Shown one piece after another: positions 49,135 to 59,914 of a stretch of 64,000 nucleotides of DNA. How positions within the stretch are numbered: position 1 is the stretch's first letter; every line of letters starts with the position of its first letter. This DNA is from an uncultured Nitrososphaeraceae archaeon (GTDB lineage Archaea > Thermoproteota > Nitrososphaeria > Nitrososphaerales > Nitrososphaeraceae): NCBI GenBank assembly GCA_963765895.1, contig CAVXZB010000042.1, positions 1-64,000 on the forward strand, given 5' to 3'. The position numbers and the translations under genes are program-made. The notes under the pieces were generated by a model, which was not told the DNA's origin, did not search any database, and was given only the letters and a program-made list of their open reading frames with translations.

Positions 49135-50595
49135 TCAAATTCCAGCACGTGGACTATAGTACATATGATCTTCTCTATGCCCCCCCTGGCCCATGCCTAT
49201 GTTCTTGTAATCATTTACAAATTCTATCGATCTAAGCCACTTGACCATTTTATATCCCAGTTGTGTCTCAGCTCTCAACCTCAATGGGGCACCATGTCCT
49301 ACAGTCAGGGGTTCACCATTCATTTCGTAAGCAAGTATCGTTTGCTGATGCTTTACGATATCTAAATCTAGTACTTCATAGAATTCATCTCCGTCAGTGT
49401 ATTGAAAAGAGCGAAATACAACATAGCGAGCTTGTGGAAGCGGGTTACATAACGATATAATGTACTGCATGGGCACACCAGCCCATTCTCCTATGGCCGT
49501 CCATCCCTGAATACAATAATGCTCAGTAACTTGTTCTTGCTTACTCATAGCATAGAGCTCCGAGAGCGAGAGTTCAAGTTGGCTTTGTACCAGTCCATAA
49601 ATCTTAAGCTTATAAGTATCGAATTTATTCTTTAAAAGTTCTGTGTATTCATTAATGTCAGGAGGATACCCATTAATTCGGAAAAAGGAGGAAACTTCTG
49701 ATTTGGGAAATTGTTGTTTAGATACCGCATTGCGCAACAAAAGCCATTTTGTAGGGACCAGCATCATATCAAGAATATTTTGAATATTCCTTGGTTTTTG
49801 TAACGATATTCCTGTTACCCAAATGTGAATTATTATGACAGACAAGACAATAAGTGTAAATAGACCAGCTGCAACTCCAAAACTAGTTGTATGGCCTAAT
49901 ACAATATTTCCCATATTTTCTGAAAAACGCTCTGATATTATCATAGTTAGGTGGATAATGATAAATAAAACAAATGCAATCATGCCAAGAAAATGAAGAC
50001 TTCTTGCTACTTGTCGTCCTCGAAATATCCTTGGATATCTTGGAAATCTTGCATCAATCGCTGGTGACATAGCTGCTCCAGTTGCAATCATAAATGGACC
50101 TAGGATAAAAATCACTACAAAATAGGTGAGTTGCTGCAGAGCATTATAAGGATGCCCGGCTGGAGGAAAGTGAAACGAGGTATATAACATTGCATCATGA
50201 AAAGCCTGCGGAAAGATTGACCAAGTTGTCGGAACTAATCGCTGCCATTCATCGCTTGTAAAAAGCAACAAATAGTATGCAGCTCCATTTACTATCCAAA
50301 AAATGATAGAAAAGAAATGCCAGTGTCTTCCCAATCCAAGATTTTTGCGACCTGGTAATGCTATCCAAGAAGAGAACGACTCTTCTTCTTCCAAAGATAT
50401 CCATAGTCTATCTTTGGGGATTTTCTTTTTTGTAAATTTGATCCATTCGGTACCAGGTCTAGCATGATCATTCCAGTACAGCTTCGGAAGGGCACTTAGG
50501 ATTTCGATGCCACTACGTATCAATAATGTAATGAATACGATATTGATAAAATGGGCAAATCGCAACCAGAATGGAAAATTATCAAATCCTTCCAC
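49135..50595 (-). CDS. Cytochrome b-like membrane domain fused to a sulfite-oxidase-family molybdopterin domain (MsrPQ-like)
   Basis: TM helices with His (RFAHFIN, RHWHFF, RSLHF, IIHL); HYCIQGW, LAYEMNGEPL, HGAPLRL, GYKMVKW. Confidence 0.85.
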   Translation of the reverse strand: MEGFDNFPFWLRFAHFINIVFITLLIRSGIEILSALPKLYWNDHARPGTEWIKFTKKKIPKDRLWISLEEEESFSSWIALPGRKNLGLGRHWHFFSIIFWIVNGAAYYLLLFTSDEWQRLVPTTWSIFPQAFHDAMLYTSFHFPPAGHPYNALQQLTYFVVIFILGPFMIATGAAMSPAIDARFPRYPRIFRGRQVARSLHFLGMIAFVLFIIIHLTMIISERFSENMGNIVLGHTTSFGVAAGLFTLIVLSVIIIHIWVTGISLQKPRNIQNILDMMLVPTKWLLLRNAVSKQQFPKSEVSSFFRINGYPPDINEYTELLKNKFDTYKLKIYGLVQSQLELSLSELYAMSKQEQVTEHYCIQGWTAIGEWAGVPMQYIISLCNPLPQARYVVFRSFQYTDGDEFYEVLDLDIVKHQQTILAYEMNGEPLTVGHGAPLRLRAETQLGYKMVKWLRSIEFVNDYKNIGMGQGGHREDHMYYSPRAGI

Positions 50596-50672
50596 ACGAA
50601 TGACCTCTTTTATTCATATTTAAAGTGAATGCATAAATGAAAGCAGATCGCGAATACAAACAAAGTATCAAC

Positions 50673-51877
50673 CTAGTCCTGTTTTGCTAGAACGTGGTCT
50701 ACGTCTTTTTCTCCTTCTGCTATCAACTTTTTAATTCTGTAAGTAGAAAAATCTGCATCTTCAAATAGATAATGTAGGCTTCCTTCTCTTCTACCAATTC
50801 TAACTAAATCTGTTATAGATGCACCATGCTTTTGATTTAACGAGTGATATTCCAATTCAATTTGTTTGAGTTTATTTGTTGTTATCTGATCAACCTTTGC
50901 AGCATCATCATGTAATATGCCATATATAGTCTTAATAAGAGATAGGTATTTTTCAGTAACTTTCAGCATTTCAATATTCTTATCAGTTTTATCCATAAAC
51001 ACAATATCTCTAGCCCTATGCCACACTTCTATCATATTCGTTGGAAGCTCTTTTTGTTGACGTGGAAAGACATCAACGATATAAAATTTCTTATTTATCT
51101 GTGGCGAACGTCTTAATACTTCCAACATGGGCGTATTCGTAAGCAAACTTCCATCCCACAGATATTTGCCATCTTTCTCAGTCCATCTTAAACCGTAGAA
51201 TGGATATCCGGCACATGCGACTATTTTATCTATATCTATATCAGAATAAGCACTATCGAAAATAACAGGTTCTCCTTTCTGTATATCTGTAGAGGTTATT
51301 ATGAATCTGGAATGCGCTTTATTATCTTTATTATTATTATTATTGTTTATGTGACGGTCGATTTTTTTAAGTTTGTCAATATCTATATATTGTTTCAATG
51401 TTTTTTTAGGGGTGCTTTATCGTATAGATATGTCCATTTGTAAGGCATAAAGTAATCTTTGGAATCTGGGTTGAACCACCTAGGTAGGAATGCCTTTGGA
51501 TTGCCATAAAGCATAGAATAAAATGAAGACCATACCGCCATCATTTCATCTGATGACATGAATGGAAATGGTGACTGCAAGAACTGATTCGGAAAGCTCA
51601 TATTCTCAGACAATGATAACCAGAAGTCTTCAAGAATAGACGATGGTTCGTCAATATCTGCATTTTGGGCAGACGCTATAATGGAGGTATTTATAGCCCC
51701 AATGGAAGAACCTGCCAGAACGTCAAAAATGATGCCATTCTTATTAAAGCCCTTATAGACACCACATTCGTATGCTCCCAAAGAGCCACCGCCTTGTAAC
51801 ACAAGAACAGTTTCAGATTCAAGTGTAGGTGAGTGGTGTACACTTTTTCTCGTAGACATGATCCTACTGTCTTTCAA
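50673..51877 (-). CDS. Patatin-like phospholipase (DUF3734-type), frameshift in homopolymer ~51400
   Basis: LVLQGGGSLGAYECG, GSSIGA, WDGSLLTNTP, ADFS. Confidence 0.85.
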
Positions 51878-53226
51878 TGGTTCAACTTAGTATCTATATA
51901 TTTCTAGTTTTAAGACTACTTTCAAATTGTTATATTTATCTTAAGTTCTTAGAACCCACTTTATAAGCAATAGATCGAGTTGATCTGAGATTGTATTGGG
52001 CTGGACTTTGAATTTATTAGCTACGATAGTAAGATGGTGGAATTACTTCATAATAGATTAATAAAAACTTAACACACAATTTGCATTCTTGAAGCAAGAG
52101 CATTTACTAATATAAATCTAACCTTGTCAATAAACGTTTACTATCATAGTGATACTGAATTTTAGCGGTTACATAGATTCTTCCACTTCCAATCGAACCT
52201 CTTGAGAGACCATTTAATAAGATGATTGCAGATTTCCAATACAAAAGATAAGTCTTTACACAGATCCTTCGCTCATGGGAGTTATAACCTTTATTCGCTA
52301 ACAGGTTTATACATCGGAGATTTCATGGAACCATGAGCGTTGCAGAGTCTGAACAATCAGCCAGCAGTGTTGTAAAGACATGCGGCTATAAGAAGGGGAG
52401 AACAAAAGTAACTTAATCTTTTATTGATGCGTATCATAGTCTTTGTGATGACAAAAGGAATATAATCTCTACCACTAATATTTGGGAAAAGTGCATGACA
52501 AATATATTCCAGACATTCAACCATACGACATTTGTTTAATATCTTTTTTATCCTTGTCACTTGTTACAAATTCTTGAATTTTAATCTCTAGTACTTAGTA
52601 CAAGGTAAAAGTAAATCCCTCCTAGTCAGACATTAAAAGAAAATGCTAGAATTAAGAGTAAATATATAATTTTCATTGTCTTATAAATTAAGAAATTCAA
52701 TAGAAAACCATAATAGATATAGGACCAGAATGAAAATGGTTTTAATATTGAGTGAGGATTTTGTTAAAATCGCTGACACAAAGCATATTCAACCTTCTTG
52801 TTTAAAAGAAGTTCAGGTTGATGGTGAGAATATCTGTATAGTTAACGTTGAGGGAAAGTACTATGCGATCGGCAGCATCTGCACACATGAAGGTGGCCCT
52901 TTAGCTGATGGCACGCTTGAAGGTTATGAGGTTGAATGTCCATGGCATGGCTCCAAATTTGATGTAAGAACAGGAGAAGTGACAAGCCCCCCGGCAAGTG
53001 AACCAGAACCAGCCTATGAAGTAAAAGTAGATGGCAATAGCATACTAATTAAAAAACAAGGTAAAAGTAAATCTTCACAGATTGAGCTAACACTATTGGA
53101 AAAAGATAAAGTTGAAGGTACTGATGTAATGTCATTTAAATTTAGTAAACAGAATAATCAACTACAAGACCAAACACTATTGGATTATGCTGCAGGTCAA
53201 TTTGCCTTTTTTGATATCGGTGGAGT

Positions 53227-54174
53227 GGCTATGTAGAAAACATCATCAATATTACAAGATTAGTCAGTCTATGCATATTGTAGGTGATACATCTAAATGA
53301 TAACTCTCTGTTCTGCATTCTAGTCAATCTAGACATAAGATTCTCTCCAAATAGTCGTTTTATAACTGATATTATGGTTTCATCTTTGTTTCGTTGATTG
53401 TACAGCAATTTGGAGTAACCACGCTTCATCTGCTTTCTGTACTTACCATGTGTTCTCCACATCGGTACATGTTCATATCGAGCAGGAATAATACTGAATG
53501 CATGTAAGTCCTCTCTTACGAGAAGGTGATTATCTTCACTATCGTAACCCTTATCAGCTGTAACTACAGATAATGGAAGAATATTTGATGTCCTTGTTAT
53601 AATTGGCCTGAAATCTACATTATCATGCCTTGTTGGAGCTCGTCTTATCTTAATTGTACATATGATTTGTTGTAATACATCTACTCCAATAGATAATTTC
53701 GCATATTTTCTTCTCAATTCTGTTCGATCAGTATAATATTGTGATGCATGAGTTATCTTAAATCCTGTTGAATCTATTCCTGCAAAGATATGCTTGGTAC
53801 CACTAATTACAATGAATGACGAAATTATCTTTTCAAGCAATGAATTATTGATTCTATCTGTAAACTTTTGCAATGTTGTAAAATGAGGAATACGTGACAA
53901 CCGTAGAAATGACCTTAGGTAATAGGCTTCAATTAACCACTCGACAAACATTCTATAACTCTTACCTTCATACTGTCGTATAGCAACTAGAACTATGTGC
54001 TGCCATATTGTAAATATGTGATTACTTTTCCTGTTAGAAAATAGAGGAATCTTTGCATGCTTCAAAACACGGAACATAGGACCTGCAAGTCTGACGTACA
54101 TTGATTCTTTCAATAGACTATTGGTATTATACTCTTACAAAGCTTTGACTGTATGAGATGGTTTCTACACAGCC
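53227..54174 (-). mobile_element. IS5-family insertion sequence, 948 bp, 9-bp target duplication
   Basis: Inverted repeats ggctatgtagaaa / tttctacacagcc; cggtggagt at 53218-53226 and 54175-54183. Confidence 0.93.
53229..54113 (-). CDS. IS5-family DDE transposase
   Basis: IPHFTTLQKF, GIDSTGF, TADKGYDSE, YNQRNKDETIISVIKRLFG. Confidence 0.92.
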   Translation of the reverse strand: MKESMYVRLAGPMFRVLKHAKIPLFSNRKSNHIFTIWQHIVLVAIRQYEGKSYRMFVEWLIEAYYLRSFLRLSRIPHFTTLQKFTDRINNSLLEKIISSFIVISGTKHIFAGIDSTGFKITHASQYYTDRTELRRKYAKLSIGVDVLQQIICTIKIRRAPTRHDNVDFRPIITRTSNILPLSVVTADKGYDSEDNHLLVREDLHAFSIIPARYEHVPMWRTHGKYRKQMKRGYSKLLYNQRNKDETIISVIKRLFGENLMSRLTRMQNRELSFRCITYNMHRLTNLVILMMFST

Positions 54175-55559
54175 CGGTGGAGTCTATAATGATCCCAAAG
54201 GCCCAATCAGGCACTTCACTATTTCATCTTCCCCAACCGAGGATTTTATAATGTTCAGCACTAGAATCAGAGATTCTCCATATAAGAAGAGACTTTCAAC
54301 CTTAGAGGTTGGTACAAAAGTCAAGGTAAGAGGTCCTGAAGGGCAATTTGTATTACATCAAGATCACTCAAAGCCTGCTGTATTTCTTTCTGGTGGAATT
54401 GGTGTTACTCCATTTAGAACTATGATAAAGTACGCTACAGATAAGCAACTGCCAGTAAATATAGTGATGTTTGATTCTAATAGGAACAGTAACAACATTT
54501 TATTCAAAAAAGAGTTTGATGACTGGGCGAACATTAATAGAAATCTAAAGATTATCTATACAATTAGTGAAGGAGAAGATAGACAAGATGAGCGATTGTC
54601 AATATCTACTGCAAAAAGTGATTGGAAAGGAGAATATGGCAGAATAGACAAAGCAATGATTCTGAAGTATCTAGATACTAACGAACTGAACAATTCCCTA
54701 TTCTATATCTGTGGCCCTCCTAGCATGATACAATCTATGCAAACTTTGCTCCAAGAGGCCTTACAAATTCCAAAAGAAAGAATCAAAGTTGAAGAGTTTA
54801 CTGGATATTAAGAGATGAACGACTTGATGCCTAGAACAAATAATTGTCCTGAACCAGCTCTGGAAATATGAAATCTTTAGCATGAACATATTCTGCCTCG
54901 TAGTATAAGCTTTTTATAAAAGCATATCCGCCTAATTTATTGATGTTTTCTAAAAACTGTGACCTCCTTTCTGATACTCATTACGAACCAACAGCTTTTT
55001 AATAAATTCAATAATCAAGGATGATCACATGCCTGAGCATTGACAAAACCCATCCTCTCAACGCATGGGGATTGCCTATGCTCTTTGCTGACAATTTGAA
55101 AAGGAAATATTTTTAATAATGTATATCAATCTTGAAAGAAAACAAGAAACTGAATTTAATCATCAACTTAGAATCAACCGCTTGGATTGTTTATTGTGTA
55201 TTTAATAGGAATAGTAGAAAGGTTATTAGACATAAAACATAATTAACAGAGTAAGCAAAAATATGAATAATATTCAAGATACCACAGCGGCCAGCCAATA
55301 ATATATTTCAGAATTCCTTTCAGGAATTAGCGCACTTTTGTCTACGTGAATAACTGTACAAATCATTCTTGGTTTGAAGAATGGATGTTAAACCGAGCTA
55401 CTAATTGAATTATTATAATTATTTATTATTTATTATTATTACTATTATCATTCTATACCTAGATTCAATTAATTCAGTATGAATAACAATAATGATGACA
55501 AGAAATGATGCCAAATTGCTAGGTAGATATTATATGATACGCTTTGATAGTATATACAT

Positions 55560-57345
55560 ATGAGTGAATATGAAAATATGCGAACGGCTGATATTGTGGC
55601 TGAAGCATTACTTGATTGGAAAGTTGAAGTCATTTTTGGCTTACCTGGTGATGGAATAAATGGATTCATGGAAGCCTTAAGGCGCCGTAAGGATAAAAAT
55701 CAGATTTGTTCTTGTTCGCCATGAAGAGTCAGCAGCGTTTATGGCATGCGCGTATGCAAAGTATACCGGAAGACTCGGCGCATGTGTTGCTACTTCTGGC
55801 CCCGGTGCAATTCATCTTTTGAATGGACTGTATGACGCCAAATTAGATAACACACCTGTTATCGCAGTCACAGGAACAACTTATTCTGATATGATGAATT
55901 CAAATTATCAGCAAGATGTCAATCTGATACAGCTGTTTTCTGATGTATCAGTCTATAATAGTATGATAAACGTACCAGAGCAAGCTGAGATGGTGGTGGA
56001 CTTTGCATGCAGAACAGCACTTTCACGTAGAGGAGTAAGTCATATAACGATACCAATAGACATTCAAGAAAGAAAATTGAAAGGAGATTATTCAAGACAT
56101 AAGGTTGCAGGACATGCTTCTGATATCTATAACCCCTTAATCATACCCGATAAAAAAATGATAGAAGATGCGGCATATATTTTGAATTTGGGAGAAAAAG
56201 TTGTAATACTTGCGGGACAAGGAGCTCTTGGCGCCGAAGATGAGCTTGTTTCTGTCGCACAAAAATTGGGTGCCCCAATAGTTAAGGCACTTTTAGGGAA
56301 AGCCGTAGTTCCAGATGATAACTCTTACAGCATAGGAGGTATTGGCTTATTGGGCACAGGACCAGCCAGTGATGCGATGAGCGAGGCAGATACATTATTC
56401 ATGATAGGGACCTCATTTCCGTACATAGACTATCTGCCTAGACCAGGGCAGGCAAAAGGAATTCAAATTGATATCAAACAAGAGAAAGTAGGGATGCGTT
56501 ATCCAGTCGATATTGGATTAGTAGGTGACTCAAAACTTACTCTATCCGCATTAATTCCGTTATTACATCAAAAAACAAAGCTTGAATTTTTGAAATCCAA
56601 ACAGGAGGCAATGAAGCACTGGAACAAGTTGATAAAAGAAAGAAGTAGCAGGACAGATAGACAGATAAAGCCACAATATATAGCCGATATATTATCTGAT
56701 GAGTTGGAAGATAACGCTATAATTTCTGTCGATAGTGGTACTATTACTACATGGGCTGCTCGCCATATCAATTTACGAAAAGGGATGAAGTTTTCTGTTT
56801 CTGGAACACTAGCTTCAATGGCATGTGGTTTGCCGTACGCAATTGCTGCACAGATTGCATTTCCTGATAGACAATCAGTAGCATTTGTTGGAGATGGAGG
56901 ATTTGCGATGCTTATGGGTGAATTTGCGACCGCAGTACAATATGATCTTCCAATCAAGGTATTTATTATAAAGAATGATACTCTGGGCATGATTAGATGG
57001 GAGCAGATGGCTTTTCTAGGCAACCCTGAGTTTGGAGTAGAATTTACGCCGATTGATTTTGCAAAATTTGCTGAGGCATGCGGCGGTATAGGTTACTCTA
57101 TCAAAGAACCTAATCAGGTACGATCCACAGTTCGGAATGCAATGAAGGAAAGCAAGCCTACTCTGATCGAAGCTTATGTTGATCCATTTGAACCCCCAAT
57201 GCCTCCAAAGACCGATATAGTATTTGTAAATAATTTAGCTAAGTCATTTGCTAAAGGCCAACCATACAAAGGAAGAATAGGTTTAACTTTATTTAGAGAT
57301 AAAGTACACGAGGTATTAAAGGATATTCATTCTCACCCTGACTGA
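55560..57345 (+). CDS. TPP-dependent pyruvate oxidase/dehydrogenase-like enzyme, frameshift ~55699
   Basis: IFGLPGDGINGFMEAL / VRHEESAAFMACAYAK, ATSGPGAIHLLNGLYDAK, GDGGFAM...N TPP motif. Confidence 0.88.
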
Positions 57346-57962
57346 TGAATAGCACGGCTTGGTAGCCTTGCCTACCGGTAATAACTTGAATTCTGCTTCA
57401 TTGGCTAGGTCTACTTAATGCCATGTTAGTGTTAGCCCTAGTTTTATTTTTCTGCAGCTGGTGATTGATAAAATTGGTATGCCTATAATAATAAAGGAAA
57501 GCATGAGCAGCTTGATCTGCTCTCTTCTTGACGACGTATAGTAAGAAGTTATTATCAATGCTAATTTCATAAGAAAAAGGAGATACGGAAGCTAATTATT
57601 TCTCTTGCTAGCAGAAATGCAATGTTTTGCTCAGGTGCTGCAAAAACAAAATACCATAAGATACTATTTAAACCTCCTCTAATTTAGTATGCTTCTGAAT
57701 AGGACGGTTTCTGATACATTTATCTGCAAACTTGATTGGTTAATCTCTCTAAGTTTTCCAATCAGACATAGTTTAACATGTTTACCATCGAGTCATCATA
57801 AGGCACGAAAAATGAGGATATAAAAAAGATAAATGCTTTCATTACCGTAGCTATGATTACTCCGTTGTCTACTAACATTCGTGATTCCAATTTAATGCTA
57901 ACAGTAAAGAATAATCCACTAATGAGGATATTCTAAGCGGCTTTAATATGAGGAATCCTATT

Positions 57963-58094
57963 TCACATATCGTGTGCCATTTTTTGATGTTCTCCTAACT
58001 TGTCCAAACTATCAAACTTTTGCTTGCAGAGATCGCATTCCAATGGATTCAAGTTAGGATCGTTGTAGTCTAATCCGGGTTCGCCCTGGTCCAT
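57963..58094 (-). CDS. 43-aa C2H2 zinc-finger microprotein (not in the ORF track)
   Basis: MDQGEPGLDYNDPNLNPLECDLCKQKFDSLDKLGEHQKMAHDM*. Confidence 0.75.
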   Translation of the reverse strand: MDQGEPGLDYNDPNLNPLECDLCKQKFDSLDKLGEHQKMAHDM

Positions 58095-58313
58095 TCATAT
58101 AAATTGTCTTAGATACTATTTAACAATTCCATTATTTATTAACGTCAATAATGATTAAACGGTGCTTCAAATAAGAGCTAATAATTTCTACCTACTCACC
58201 ATTAGTATGGTTGACAATCGGTTTTGATCTCCCATTACTGACTCCATTCTATATGAATACGGCTTATTTGGTTCTTGTTTTCTATTCAGAGATATGAATT
58301 AATCAGTTAAATA

Positions 58314-58620
58314 TGATGGCGCCAGGTGAATTATAGAGCGGAAAGGCTACAAGAAATGACAATGAAGTTGAAGCAAAAGTCCCATCTCGTAAAAAGATAG
58401 AAACTTTATCTATATCGTCAATATCTGCAGCTGCAATTTCAAAGTTTTAGCAGGAATCCACTTTCCAACAATAAAGAGCATTTAAGGAGGATTATGCAAG
58501 GAAAAATATGTCTAAAATTAATTAGTTCTGCAGATTCAAATGAGATTCTTAATATGTTAAATAGGTTCCATATAAATTACAATGATATGGCAGCTGTTCG
58601 ATCGAATAGTAACCTAATAT
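58314..58620 (+). pseudogene. Possible DUF2795-like relic
   Basis: Fragments SAAAI/KVLAGIHFPT/SNEILNMLN/YNDMAAV across frames. Confidence 0.35.
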
Positions 58621-58851
58621 GAAAAGAAATGGATAATTTGTCAAATCAAAATTATTCTTTTTAAGATGGAGATCTGAAAATAAAAGAGCTCGTATTTTTC
58701 AGGCGCGATTATTTACTATATAGAGCAATACCTACCAATTCTAGAAATCAAATTAATTTTAGTTTATTATATTTCAAAGTACTTCAGGTTTATGTATTTA
58801 TTGTTTAGTTAGTTAACTTAAAATTAAAATAATATATTATTTATTCTGGTT

Positions 58852-59101
58852 ATGGAGTCAGTTAACAACATCAATACTTCCAATGTTAATAGGACATTAA
58901 AAGTAGAAATCTATTCAAAAACAGCATTATTAGTACAAATATTGGAAGATCTTGATTTTCCATCAAGTAAAGAAAAGTAGAACTTATACTACAGAAATCT
59001 CCAATGGTAAAGAAAACACGTTGTCTATTCTTTAAAAGATAGATGATAAGACATATGAGTACATTTCCAATATCAGCCGAGCTGCGGGGTTAGTCTACTG
59101 A
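58852..59101 (+). pseudogene. DUF2795-like gene, degraded
   Basis: VEIYSKTALLVQILEDLDFPSSKEK*...KIDDKTYEYISNISRAAGLVY*. Confidence 0.6.
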
Positions 59102-59491
59102 CAAAAAGATCACACTCTACTAGAAATCAGATATGCGACCATAATGTCACGATATCTATGGAGATTATGATTCCAATAAACGTCTACTGTCAGTAAATAT
59201 ATTGTAACTTCATTGGTACTGGCTATACCGAGACTAGCAATGCTAAGGGGTGAACAAATTTCAAATTAATCCATTCAAAGTCGATATAAAATTAGATAAA
59301 CTATCAACCCTTATAGATTGTTTACTATGGCCAGCTTTACTAATCTAGGTAATTGATATCTACAAATAAAGATAAAATCACGATGAAACTAAGTGTACGC
59401 CAAAATTATGCATATCCAAAAATAAAGGAATTTATTTGAAGCAGATTAAAAGGTTAAGATCCGGTGCTATAAACAATATAGCCCAAAATTA

Positions 59492-59914
59492 TTACTTTCC
59501 ACCTGTCATGAGATTACCTAGACCCTTAAGACCTCCTCCCACTGTTTTGCCAAGGTTTTTCAGAACTCCACTTCCAGCTTTTGAAACACCGCCAGCTACT
59601 TTTGACATATTATCGCTAGTTGCTTGACCTGCCTTTGACATATTACCGCTAGTTGCTTGACCTGCCTTTGACATATTACCGCTAGTTGCTTGACCTGCCT
59701 TTGACATATTACCGCTAGTTGCTTGACCTGCCTTTGACATATTACCGCTAGTTGCTTGACCTGCCTTTGACATATTACCGCTAGTTGCTTGACCTGCCTT
59801 TGACATATTAGCGCTAGCGCCAAGTACCGACGAAGTAGCGCCTGCAGTAGCAACCAAAATGCCCAAGGAGGCGACTATAGTTAGGAGTAACATGTTGGAT
59901 TTGATTTTTGCCAT
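59492..59914 (-). CDS. Secreted/surface protein with 11-aa tandem repeats
   Basis: Signal-like MAKIKSNMLLLTIVASLGILVATAGA, then NMSKAGQATSG x5 plus NMSKAGQATSD. Confidence 0.8.
   Translation of the reverse strand: MAKIKSNMLLLTIVASLGILVATAGATSSVLGASANMSKAGQATSGNMSKAGQATSGNMSKAGQATSGNMSKAGQATSGNMSKAGQATSGNMSKAGQATSDNMSKVAGGVSKAGSGVLKNLGKTVGGGLKGLGNLMTGGK
59601..59810. repeat. 33-bp coding tandem repeat, six copies plus partial
   Basis: tttgacatattaccgctagttgcttgacctgcc head-to-tail, no spacers. Confidence 0.95.

Larger units (their letters stand above)
52676..54811 (+). pseudogene. Rieske [2Fe-2S] plus FNR-like FAD/NAD oxidoreductase fusion, interrupted by IS5 element
   Basis: CTHEGG...CPWHGSKFD; RHFTISSSP, GPEGQF, SGGIGVTP, YICGPP, EEF; FDIGGV|YNDPKG rejoins in frame on IS removal. 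Confidence 0.88.

Noticed and set aside
14755-57023. Antisense ORFs such as 14755-15237, 15283-15633, 19919-20182, 36304-36564, 45955-46185, 56568-57023
   Set aside because: Shadows of well-supported genes on the opposite strand
59601-59810. 33-bp repeats as a CRISPR array
   Set aside because: Head-to-tail with no spacers, length a multiple of 3, inside an ORF, no cas genes in the window
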